A DNA stretch of 11,181 nucleotides from Candidatus Hodarchaeum mangrovi. GTDB taxonomy: Archaea; Asgardarchaeota; Heimdallarchaeia; Hodarchaeales; Hodarchaeaceae. The stretch lies in NCBI GenBank assembly GCA_016839515.1, contig JAEOUE010000048.1:1-11181 (forward strand). Reading direction: 5' to 3'. Shown one piece after another: positions 1 to 8,570 of the stretch. The notes under the pieces are model-generated. The model was given only the letters and a program-made list of their open reading frames with translations, was not told the DNA's origin and made no database searches. Position numbers and translations under genes: made by a program. Position 1 is the stretch's first letter. Each line of letters opens with the position of its first letter.

Positions 1-2889
1 CTTTATTCGACCGTATTGATGAATAATGTATATGATACTGTTATAGAGGGTTCTCCTTATGAAATTCGTATAGATTTTAGAGGAAATTTTAATGATTCCC
101 AACTTGAAGGTTTTAAGAATAATTTCAAATCTAATCCACAGGTTTTAGATGCGCAGCTTTTATATGGCAATGCACGGACAATTGTAGAAACAACTGGTAC
201 TTCTACAACTATGTATACTCTTGCCAATTTAGAAGCTGAAATACTCGTAGAATATAGTAATCAAACGTTCTCAAATGCTGAAGGGATTGTTTTCTCAAAC
301 ACCTTCCTTTCTTCCTCTGATATTGGAGTTAGATTTAAGAATAAGCTACTTACATCACCAGATACTGGAATATATACTAATTCTAGTCCCTATTATCATG
401 GTGTAATAATTTCAGAGGATCTAGTTGAAAAAGCACGAATTCAACAAGGAAACATCCTAAAATCTATTACTCTAGCAATTACTCAACAAGATCCAGAGAA
501 TATTTTCAATCAGAATACTCTTTCTCAAATTACTTTAAGTAATGTAACAGTAGCAGGGATAATATCCTCAGATATTGGAGCCTCTGCAGGAATTTTCTCT
601 GAAGCATTAATGTTTGGAACAGCTGGATCAATTTATGTACCTCAAGAATTACTGGAAAGTCAAAATAAAACCGTATTCTTAACAGATCTTCGAATGAATG
701 AAATGAGATACGCAGTTATAAAAATAGATGAGGATAAATTTAATTTAGCTGATCCACAACAAGTTAATAGCCAAATTAACCGGTTAATAAATGAAATTGA
801 GAAAACCAATTTGGTTTTCATTGGAACTAATCTTGTGGAAGGACAGTTACTACCATTTCAAATCTTAAGCCTGTTTATCTTTATTTTTGATGGGATTCTT
901 ACTGTTCCAGTTGCTATTTTATCATTATATTTACTCTCTTTTGGTGTAGATCTATCATTACATGAAAGAAAATATCAAGTAGGAATTTTAAAAACTCAAG
1001 GAGCCTCTCCAAGGCAAATTAAGCGAAAAGTGCTAATAGAGACATTTATTCTAGCCATTAGTGGCTTAATTATCGGTTATTTAGTTGCGATATTCGCTGC
1101 ATGGGGTATTGGAACAGCAAAAGGATTTATGAGATGGGATTGGGATTATGCATTAAGTGAGCTTCCCGACTTTTTCTATTTCGACCAAATAGCATTTTTT
1201 GTGGTTGGAGGACTTATTTTTGTAATATTATTACTCATGGTAAATGGAAAAGCAAATACTTTTATTGAAATGGAAATAACTGAGTCTGTACGTCGTACAG
1301 AGGTTAAAAAACAAAATTTTCTACGTCGTAATAATCTAGACTTAATATTTTTTACTATTGGACTTCTAGTATTAGTTTTAGTTATTGCGAATGATTGGTT
1401 TGGCTATTACATTAACTTAGGAGTAGTTGGAGGATTTCTAGCACTTTTAGGACCTCCTCTATTTTGGATAGGAGGAGCTGCTTTAGTCGCTCGCTTAGCT
1501 GTCTTCATACCTCCTAAAGCAGATCGTGTAACACGGAAAATAGGATTCTTAAAAGATATCAATTTATTAGCGAAAGGGAATGTTTTTCGAAAAGCAGGGG
1601 ATATGCCACGATTAGCTTTAATTATAGCTTTAACTGTATCGTTCAGTGTTCTCGCTGCAGTACAAGGCAATACAGGGGAATTTCATAAAGAACGTCTAGT
1701 AACTTTTGAAGTTGGTGCTGATCTTTCGGTTTCAACTAGTCTTAATTTTTCATCATTAATAATACAAGAATTCGCAGCTAGCTCAGATAAAATTGATAAT
1801 GCTATGGCTATTGGAGTTACTTCAGCAATGGTATTCAATGATCCAGTTTTATTATATACAATCGATAATCAACTTTATGACACTGTAGGAATTTGGCAAA
1901 GTGATTCTGTTCCTGATTCTACTCCAACAGACTTAATAAATAGTTTAAGAGAGGATCCAAATGGAGTTCTTCTTGGTAAAACAGTTTTTCGTGAAAAAGC
2001 GTTGGAAATTGGTGAATCCTTTACAATTGAAATATTAACATATCATTGGAATGGATCGTTTATTAATTATGATTTTATTCCGCATAATGTGACCGTAAAA
2101 GGTGTGTTTGATCACTGTCCCGCCGGAATTGGACCAAGCAATATAATTATCGATCATTCATTACTTAATCGTGTCAGTAATTTGACTGCTTTAGCTGAAA
2201 ATTTAAGCTCATTACCTCCATTCATAACTGCATTAATCCCAAATTTTCTTAAAAATCAATTAAATTTATTTACAAATGATTCAAAAGGTATATTGGCTTC
2301 AAAATATCTTATCAAAACAAAACCAAATGCAGATGTTAAAGCTATTAAAAGTGCTCTTCTTTCCCCTACAAACTCATGGATTATATCTGTTAAAACTTTG
2401 AAAGAGGAGATTCGACAAGCAAATGAAATTGAAAATGTTGATTATGGAATACCTGGCTTATTAACTGCTGATTTTGTCATCTCTCTACTTGCAGCCACTT
2501 TAGCTACATTTATATTCATGAGTATTCTAATGGAACAACGAAAAAGAGAATTTGCTATTCTTCGTAGTTATGGTGCCTCTGATCGTCAAATTTATAAGTT
2601 AGTATTTAGTGAATCAGCTGTATTACTCCTTACTTCTGTAATTTGGGGATTAATAATTGGATTAGGCCTTTCAATACTATTTAATGGGTTTTTTGAATTT
2701 ATCGATGTTTTTATAACTCCTTTAAGTACCCTTGCTTCTGGTGTGACATTAAAGCGCTTAATTATATTTGATACCTTGGGATTAATAGGAACACTGACCC
2801 TTACTCTAATAGCTATGTTAATTGCTACCTATTTCTCCACACGAAGTTCTATTAAAGCAAAAATTTCAATCGTTGTTCGTGAATTATAG
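1..2889 (+). CDS. FtsX/MacB-family (type VII) ABC transporter permease with two fused FtsX modules; 5'-partial
   Basis: The frame is open from base 1 (CTT TAT TCG ACC GTA TTG ATG...), so the TTG at 16 is probably not the true start, and the expected first TM helix is absent. Two FtsX signature segments are present: ERKYQVGILKTQGASPRQIKRKVLIE and QRKREFAILRSYGASDRQIYKLVFSE. Each follows a large extracytoplasmic domain and sits among TM helices. The gene lies directly upstream of an ABC ATPase and ends with TAG at 2887-2889. Confidence 0.92.
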   Translation, partial: LYSTVLMNNVYDTVIEGSPYEIRIDFRGNFNDSQLEGFKNNFKSNPQVLDAQLLYGNARTIVETTGTSTTMYTLANLEAEILVEYSNQTFSNAEGIVFSNTFLSSSDIGVRFKNKLLTSPDTGIYTNSSPYYHGVIISEDLVEKARIQQGNILKSITLAITQQDPENIFNQNTLSQITLSNVTVAGIISSDIGASAGIFSEALMFGTAGSIYVPQELLESQNKTVFLTDLRMNEMRYAVIKIDEDKFNLADPQQVNSQINRLINEIEKTNLVFIGTNLVEGQLLPFQILSLFIFIFDGILTVPVAILSLYLLSFGVDLSLHERKYQVGILKTQGASPRQIKRKVLIETFILAISGLIIGYLVAIFAAWGIGTAKGFMRWDWDYALSELPDFFYFDQIAFFVVGGLIFVILLLMVNGKANTFIEMEITESVRRTEVKKQNFLRRNNLDLIFFTIGLLVLVLVIANDWFGYYINLGVVGGFLALLGPPLFWIGGAALVARLAVFIPPKADRVTRKIGFLKDINLLAKGNVFRKAGDMPRLALIIALTVSFSVLAAVQGNTGEFHKERLVTFEVGADLSVSTSLNFSSLIIQEFAASSDKIDNAMAIGVTSAMVFNDPVLLYTIDNQLYDTVGIWQSDSVPDSTPTDLINSLREDPNGVLLGKTVFREKALEIGESFTIEILTYHWNGSFINYDFIPHNVTVKGVFDHCPAGIGPSNIIIDHSLLNRVSNLTALAENLSSLPPFITALIPNFLKNQLNLFTNDSKGILASKYLIKTKPNADVKAIKSALLSPTNSWIISVKTLKEEIRQANEIENVDYGIPGLLTADFVISLLAATLATFIFMSILMEQRKREFAILRSYGASDRQIYKLVFSESAVLLLTSVIWGLIIGLGLSILFNGFFEFIDVFITPLSTLASGVTLKRLIIFDTLGLIGTLTLTLIAMLIATYFSTRSSIKAKISIVVREL

Positions 2890-2893
2890 GAGG
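2888..2893 (+). promoter_or_regulatory. Shine-Dalgarno site for the ABC ATPase
   Basis: AGGAGG overlaps the permease stop codon and lies 8 nt before the ATG at 2902, consistent with an operon and translational coupling. Confidence 0.75.
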
Positions 2894-2901
2894 AAAAAAG
2901 A

Positions 2902-3879
2902 ATGGCTAAATCACTATTAAAAGCGCAAAATCTTTATCACATTTACCGTGCTAAACAAGATCAAGCATCAGTTGTGGCATTAAAAGGTGTAGGTTTTGAA
3001 ATCTCACAGCGAGAATTTGTTGCAATCGTTGGGCCTTCTGGATCTGGGAAATCAACATTGTTACGAGTTTTGGGGGGCCTTATGAGACCGACAGCAGGAT
3101 CTGTTATATTCAATGAAGAATTTGACATAACTAAAACCTCTGAAGAGGATTTGACTTTCTTTCGTAGACATGAAGTTGGTTTTGTTTTTCAAGAGGGTAA
3201 TCTTCTTCCTGACTTATCTGCTTATGATAATGTTGTTCAATCAATGACGCTTGCAGAGGTCCCATATGAATTTAGAAAAAAACGTGCATTGGAATTATTA
3301 GATACCATGGGTGTTCTTCCTCGCAAAAACCAGCTTGCTACACGGTTAAGTGGAGGAGAAAGACAAAGAGTAGCTATAGCACGTGCAATGGCAAATAATC
3401 CACGAATTATTATTGCAGATGAACCGACAGGAAATGTAGACTTCAAAACTAGTGTTCGATTATTAGAACTATTTAAACAGTTAAATCGAGATACAGGAAT
3501 GGCATTTCTTTTCGCAACCCATTCAAATCATGTTGCAGGGTATGCAAATAGAAGTATAGAGCTTAGAGACGGTCTTTTTCTGGGACAACATGGAAAAGAT
3601 ATTGACCTCTCTAGCTTAGATCTTTCTCGGATGGTAATTATGGATAGTGATAATCGTATTACCTTACCCGAAAATATTATGGGTCAATTAAAAGAAGTAG
3701 GATCACTGTGGAATATTAGTGTAGTAGAATCTAAAAAAATCCTCTTGACTCCCTTAGAAGCTATTGCTGAAGAACAAGTCCCTATTCAGGACAGTTTTGA
3801 ACAACGTGAGTGTCCAGTATGTGGTATCATGAACCCACCAGAAGGAAAATTTTGTATCTCATGTGGAGCGAAGTTCTAG
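2902..3879 (+). CDS. ABC transporter ATP-binding protein (LolD/MacB/FtsE-like) with C-terminal AbrB/MraZ-like segment and zinc ribbon
   Basis: Walker A GPSGSGKST, Q-loop VGFVFQEGNLL, signature LSGGERQRVAIARA, Walker B/D-loop IIIADEPTGNVD and H-switch ATHS are all present. An extra ~90-aa tail ends in CPVC-x10-CISC. Confidence 0.95.
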   Translation: MAKSLLKAQNLYHIYRAKQDQASVVALKGVGFEISQREFVAIVGPSGSGKSTLLRVLGGLMRPTAGSVIFNEEFDITKTSEEDLTFFRRHEVGFVFQEGNLLPDLSAYDNVVQSMTLAEVPYEFRKKRALELLDTMGVLPRKNQLATRLSGGERQRVAIARAMANNPRIIIADEPTGNVDFKTSVRLLELFKQLNRDTGMAFLFATHSNHVAGYANRSIELRDGLFLGQHGKDIDLSSLDLSRMVIMDSDNRITLPENIMGQLKEVGSLWNISVVESKKILLTPLEAIAEEQVPIQDSFEQRECPVCGIMNPPEGKFCISCGAKF

Positions 3880-3931
3880 CACCTAGAAAGTTGAATAAGT
3901 ATTAATGAATAAATTTTAAATGAAATAAGAA
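3880..3931 (-). terminator. Possible T-rich terminator region between convergent genes
   Basis: A 52-bp gap between convergent stop codons. The minus strand reads TTCTTATTTCATTT...TTTATTC just after the stop, which is T-rich with no GC hairpin and compatible with archaeal-type termination. The signal is weak in AT-rich DNA. Confidence 0.3.
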
Positions 3932-6900
3932 TTAAGTAACTTTCGGTTCAAGCATTATTGGATAAATGACTTTTAAGCGGAAACATTTCTCTAATAATTT
4001 GTATGCTTTGACAAGTGATACTCCATGTTTTGTAAGAGATGAGGTAAAAGTAACCACATAAAATGCAATTTGACCATCACGAAGCAGAAGACCCTTCAAG
4101 TATAATATGTGTTTTCGTTCTTTTTCAGTGAATTCCTTTCGCTGATTCTGAAATCGGTTAAAATCAAGGGTTAATTTACTTAATAATCCGACATTTAGAT
4201 GTTGATAGATCAATCCTCTAAATTCTTCAGGATAGTCTCTTATTCCTACATCTTCTAGATCCTGTTGACTAAATCTTGTTTCAATTGCCTCATGAAGTCT
4301 TGTAATCTTCTCTTTCATAAATTCACTTAAACGTCCTTCAGATACCAAGCTTATTGTAGAATATTCACCATGATGCGATAGTATACTAAACCCTTCTCTT
4401 TCTAATACATCAAATTCTCCTTTCTTCATCGCTCTTTTAGATACTTCAGTTACAAGACTAGATACAGCTGATGTTAATCCTGCTGTTAAATCAAGATCCT
4501 GAGTTTCAACTAAAAAGTTTTCAGTATAGAATGCTATTCCAAATTTATTTCTACAAATAATCGATCTTATGCTTAAAACATCAGTAAAACGTTGGGCTAT
4601 CTCTTTTTCTTTCTGCTTTTTTACATATACTTTTTGTCGTTGTCTTCTCCGAAGACTAACTGCTCCAAAAATAACCACCAAAGGAATAACTATACCAGCG
4701 ATTATAACTGGTAAATACTCTTCCCATGAGATGGAATTATCTGTTGGAATCGTAATGAAAAATGGCTGAGAAGATGATTTCGAAGTACTAAATATATTAG
4801 AACCTTCCTTTGCAATTATACTCCATGTAATTGTTCCACTATTAGAGAAAGAGAGGGTAGTAACATATAAACTACCATTATAATCCATATTAACTGTTTC
4901 TGTCTGTAAATCAGCTCCACTTCCTCCAGACCCTCCTTGGGAAACAAATTCATAGTCTAAGATTACCTCAGAAATTCCTGATCCCCAATCTGAGACATTA
5001 GCCCATATTAAAATCGAATTGTCTGATTTTTGAAAAATACCAGCATCTATAATCACTGGCCCCCAATAGGTTTTCAAACTAACATTCTCGACTAAAATAA
5101 AATTAGGTTTACCATCATAAATTAATATTGAATAGTTGAAAGTACAATTACAATGGATATAAGTTGAATATGAATACTTTGAAGCTATTAAGCTCATTCT
5201 ACCGAATAAATTTATCCATGAGGTGCCATTAAAGTAGTCTATTGTTATTTCAGCAGCATTAATTGAACCAAAATAATCTGTTGCATCAACCCAAAAATTT
5301 AGTCGAGAGAAAGAATGATTTATTAAGGTTTCAATATATCCAAAATCTTTAACAATTGGAGGAGACTTGTCTTCAATAATCTCCATATTCCAATGGGTAA
5401 TTGCTAGATTATTACAATTGTCATATGCACTTATTCTGTAATTAAATGCGTTCCCTGGAACAAATCCTGAAACTGTATATGTATAAATATTTTCTGATCC
5501 ATTCTTAGACATAGTTTCGTTAAAAATGGAGATAAATACAAATTCTAGTCTTACTGAGGAATGATCAGATGGAAGACCACTTCCAGTCGAATATTCAATC
5601 ACCTCAGCCCAGAATGTTACGGTACCATTTTGATATTCATAAATACCAGTATTTAGTATTTTAGGAGCTGATATATCATTTATCAGAATCGTACGATTAC
5701 TTATTCCTAAATTACCTGCGTTATCAGCTGTCCAGACTTCTATGATAACTTCTTCTCCATAATTAAAGGTTTGTTCGAAGGTATAGAAGTAGAAGGAATC
5801 ATACTCCATTAGATATTGATTTGTAATACTTTGATGTGTAAAATTAATGTAAAAAGTGTTATTGATATCACGCACGTCCCCATACAGATCGTTTGCCCAA
5901 GAAGTTATCGAAATCTTTCCATCGGTAACAGAGGAATTTTCTATTGTAAAAAAAACTGTTGGTGGAATTAAATCACTCAATTCAATCTTTTGATACTGGT
6001 CAGGAGTAATATCTACTATATTGGAAGCTGAATCGATAGCTATTGTATAATACCAAACATCGTGAAGTCTAAAGTCGAAATTATGGATTTCTTGGTAAAA
6101 TAGATTGTCATCAATACTATTCATTGATACATTATACCAAGTTCCAAAATAGTTTTGCGTATAATAAAGAGTCGCCGTAGTATCATTATCAGGCCAATCA
6201 ATAACATTAGAATTAAATAAAACTGTACCATTGCCAAATTCTTGAGCATTGAAAGTAATTTTTGGTACACTATTATCACCAATAACCGCTATATGTTCAA
6301 ACCCCCAATTTATATTGCCTGCAAAATCCGATGCAGTAATTCTATAGACTACTGTGTCATTAAAATTAAATGTATATTCAAATTCGTAGGTTATTTCACC
6401 AATTGGATATAAAGGAAAAGTATCATTGGCCCAACTGCCATTATAAATTGCTAGATAGATAGCTACACTACTGTTATTTACTCCACTTTGATATTCATTC
6501 ATTTCTTCTACAGTAGCTCTAAAGACTACAAATCCCTCTTCATGAGCACTTAGATTATAACTTGCATCATATATGACTGGTTGATATGAATCTTGAGGAT
6601 AAATTAACCCAAATTGGGGAGAAAACGTATTATTGTTCTCATTACCGACACTATCAACTACTGAATGAATAGAATAGTTTAATAAAACATTATAATAAGC
6701 AAAGGTCTCAAAAATCCATAATCCAGACGAATTGAGATACATATTCGAGTAAGTATTATTAATTCTTAACACAACTTGTTGGACAAGACTTTCTTCGTCA
6801 GATACATTAGCGTAAAATATTAATGATCCATCTTCATTATCAGAAACGTTGTAGTAGTATACAATAGGGGGAGTTAAATCGCCTAATGTGAAAAATAAGT

Positions 6901-8326
6901 TCTCGGATTGCTTTTTGTTAGATGCAATATCTAGGGCAGATATATTGTAATAGACATTGATTCCCAAACTTGGAACTCCTTCAAGAGCTGTATCATTATA
7001 AAAGTGAGTTCCATCCAAAGAAACCATGGAATAAACGCTATCACGTAAAACAGAAGAATCTGTTGAATTTTTAATAGTTAAAGAAAGGTTGACACTATTA
7101 ATTTCGCTTTCATCAAAAACATCAGCCATAAACGTAGTATTTAATGGATAAAAATGGATATTAGTTATAATTGGAGCATTATTATCATTGTATTCCTCAA
7201 TTTGAACAGAAAAGAATAATTCTGGATTTATATTATAAGTACGTTTACCAGCAACTTCCAAAAATTGTAATTCAGTGTTAATTGTGTCTTCATATTCAAT
7301 AGTGATATTATAAAGCCCAAAAGGAATATCAGCAAAGGTAGTCAATCCTAAGCTAGATGTATTTTGAATCCAAATATTTAAGGGATTATTTACATCTATA
7401 AGAGTTGCTTGAGCATTTGTTACTGTTTTATTAGCTAAATCAGTTACTTCTACTGTTAAAGATGCATTTCCAGGATTGTCATTATATAATAGCCAACTTA
7501 ATGTTTTATTCCAGCTTTTCCAACCATTTGTAGACAATGAAGAACCCCAACCTGCGCCCCAAAATGCTCTCCTTTCAGGAGCTAATGAAAGATCCCAAGC
7601 TTTCTTCCCTTTGTCTAAAACAACCCATGTTGCTTCACCTAGATAAATCCACTTACCTTGATTATCAGATCGTAAAGCAATAAGTTGAATTTCTACTCCA
7701 TTGGGAATATATCTGTAATCCTCAATAAAACTAACAGAGTTTGATTCTATATAAACTGGAAAGATGGATTCACTGTTAAGATCTTCAGAAACAAAATGAG
7801 TGTTATCATGGATATAAAATTTAGAAGTATCCTTAATACTATATGAGCTTCCAAGTTTAAATTCGTCATAATGACCTGCTTGCATTGTAAGGATAGGTAT
7901 TGGGGCATTAGATAATGAATCAACGGTACCAGCTTCCGCTACTGAGCTTGATATTACAATAACGTCGAAATTATCATAAATATATGGTCCTTTGCTAGTA
8001 CGATATGTAACATTGTAATCAAGGACTGTGGTCATAAAATCATAAAAAGGAATATCTTTATCTGGGTTTGGTGATATAGCATTATCCACAATAAACAGAA
8101 TTTGAGGTTGTTGAAAGGGTTGAACAGATAAAATAATGTCATTTTCATTATTATGTGAGTTTGGATTTATTGGTGTTCCAGTTATAGGGGGAACAAAAAT
8201 AGATTGATTTGTTTGAGTACCGAGAAAGTTAAAATAATTTAAAATACAATAAGATAGACTAGGAAGACTCAATATCGTACATACGAGCAAAAAACAAATT
8301 TTTATTTGAATTTTAGATGATTGCAA
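3932..8326 (-). CDS. Large single-pass cell-surface glycoprotein, receptor-like: Ig-like repeat ectodomain, TM helix, cytoplasmic longin/roadblock-like domain
   Basis: A 1464-aa ORF with a TTG start immediately after an in-frame TGA. It has a hydrophobic N-terminal signal (KICFLLVCTILSLPSLSYCIL), about 8 beta-rich repeats and many N-x-S/T sequons. The TM helix YLPVIIAGIVIPLVVIFGAVSL (aa 1204-1225, nt 4652-4717) is followed by RRRQRQK and a ~240-aa cytoplasmic region. Confidence 0.88.
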   Translation of the reverse strand: MQSSKIQIKICFLLVCTILSLPSLSYCILNYFNFLGTQTNQSIFVPPITGTPINPNSHNNENDIILSVQPFQQPQILFIVDNAISPNPDKDIPFYDFMTTVLDYNVTYRTSKGPYIYDNFDVIVISSSVAEAGTVDSLSNAPIPILTMQAGHYDEFKLGSSYSIKDTSKFYIHDNTHFVSEDLNSESIFPVYIESNSVSFIEDYRYIPNGVEIQLIALRSDNQGKWIYLGEATWVVLDKGKKAWDLSLAPERRAFWGAGWGSSLSTNGWKSWNKTLSWLLYNDNPGNASLTVEVTDLANKTVTNAQATLIDVNNPLNIWIQNTSSLGLTTFADIPFGLYNITIEYEDTINTELQFLEVAGKRTYNINPELFFSVQIEEYNDNNAPIITNIHFYPLNTTFMADVFDESEINSVNLSLTIKNSTDSSVLRDSVYSMVSLDGTHFYNDTALEGVPSLGINVYYNISALDIASNKKQSENLFFTLGDLTPPIVYYYNVSDNEDGSLIFYANVSDEESLVQQVVLRINNTYSNMYLNSSGLWIFETFAYYNVLLNYSIHSVVDSVGNENNNTFSPQFGLIYPQDSYQPVIYDASYNLSAHEEGFVVFRATVEEMNEYQSGVNNSSVAIYLAIYNGSWANDTFPLYPIGEITYEFEYTFNFNDTVVYRITASDFAGNINWGFEHIAVIGDNSVPKITFNAQEFGNGTVLFNSNVIDWPDNDTTATLYYTQNYFGTWYNVSMNSIDDNLFYQEIHNFDFRLHDVWYYTIAIDSASNIVDITPDQYQKIELSDLIPPTVFFTIENSSVTDGKISITSWANDLYGDVRDINNTFYINFTHQSITNQYLMEYDSFYFYTFEQTFNYGEEVIIEVWTADNAGNLGISNRTILINDISAPKILNTGIYEYQNGTVTFWAEVIEYSTGSGLPSDHSSVRLEFVFISIFNETMSKNGSENIYTYTVSGFVPGNAFNYRISAYDNCNNLAITHWNMEIIEDKSPPIVKDFGYIETLINHSFSRLNFWVDATDYFGSINAAEITIDYFNGTSWINLFGRMSLIASKYSYSTYIHCNCTFNYSILIYDGKPNFILVENVSLKTYWGPVIIDAGIFQKSDNSILIWANVSDWGSGISEVILDYEFVSQGGSGGSGADLQTETVNMDYNGSLYVTTLSFSNSGTITWSIIAKEGSNIFSTSKSSSQPFFITIPTDNSISWEEYLPVIIAGIVIPLVVIFGAVSLRRRQRQKVYVKKQKEKEIAQRFTDVLSIRSIICRNKFGIAFYTENFLVETQDLDLTAGLTSAVSSLVTEVSKRAMKKGEFDVLEREGFSILSHHGEYSTISLVSEGRLSEFMKEKITRLHEAIETRFSQQDLEDVGIRDYPEEFRGLIYQHLNVGLLSKLTLDFNRFQNQRKEFTEKERKHILYLKGLLLRDGQIAFYVVTFTSSLTKHGVSLVKAYKLLEKCFRLKVIYPIMLEPKVT
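4745..7186 (-). repeat. About 8 diverged ~100-aa Ig-like (beta-sandwich) protein repeats
   Basis: Units begin DNNAPII, DLTPPIV, DSYQPVI, DNSVPKI, DLIPPTV, DISAPKI, DKSPPIV and YWGPVII. They share a (N/D)G-x-V-x-F-x-A-x-V-x-(D/E) strand, and most end with Y-x-I-x-A-x-D-x-(A/S)-(G/S)-N. The repeats are visible at protein level only. Confidence 0.75.
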
Positions 8327-8570
8327 TCAGTTCAGCCCAAATAATCAATAGAATGAATCTATTTAGTTTAAAATTATAGTCAAAAATATTTGAAGCTTCC
8401 TCAATAATTCATTCGTATAAACTTACTAGACGAAGTTTTAAGAAAAAGAGAGGAAATTTTGTTTCAGATAATATTTATCGACTACTAAACTTAGAATTGA
8501 AAGATAATTACCTATCAATTTCGATTTAGGACACCAAGGTTAAAATAGGCTTGGAATGCAAAATTAGATA

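Noticed and set aside
16-21. TTG/ATG as the true permease start
   Set aside because: The frame is open to base 1 and the N-terminal TM helix expected for MacB/FtsX permeases is missing, so the gene probably starts upstream of the window.
1407-1670. 87-aa minus-strand ORF
   Set aside because: It is an antisense shadow inside the well-supported permease gene and has no recognisable motif.
3237-3446. 69-aa minus-strand ORF
   Set aside because: It is antisense to the conserved ABC signature and Walker B region, a typical shadow ORF.
2902-3879. Assigning the gene symbol lolD, macB or ftsE
   Set aside because: Family membership is clear, but orthology and function are not. The extra C-terminal domains and probable archaeal host argue against a specific symbol.
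4569-4769. 66-aa plus-strand ORF
   Set aside because: It is antisense to the TM and juxtamembrane region of the 1464-aa gene, with no independent support.
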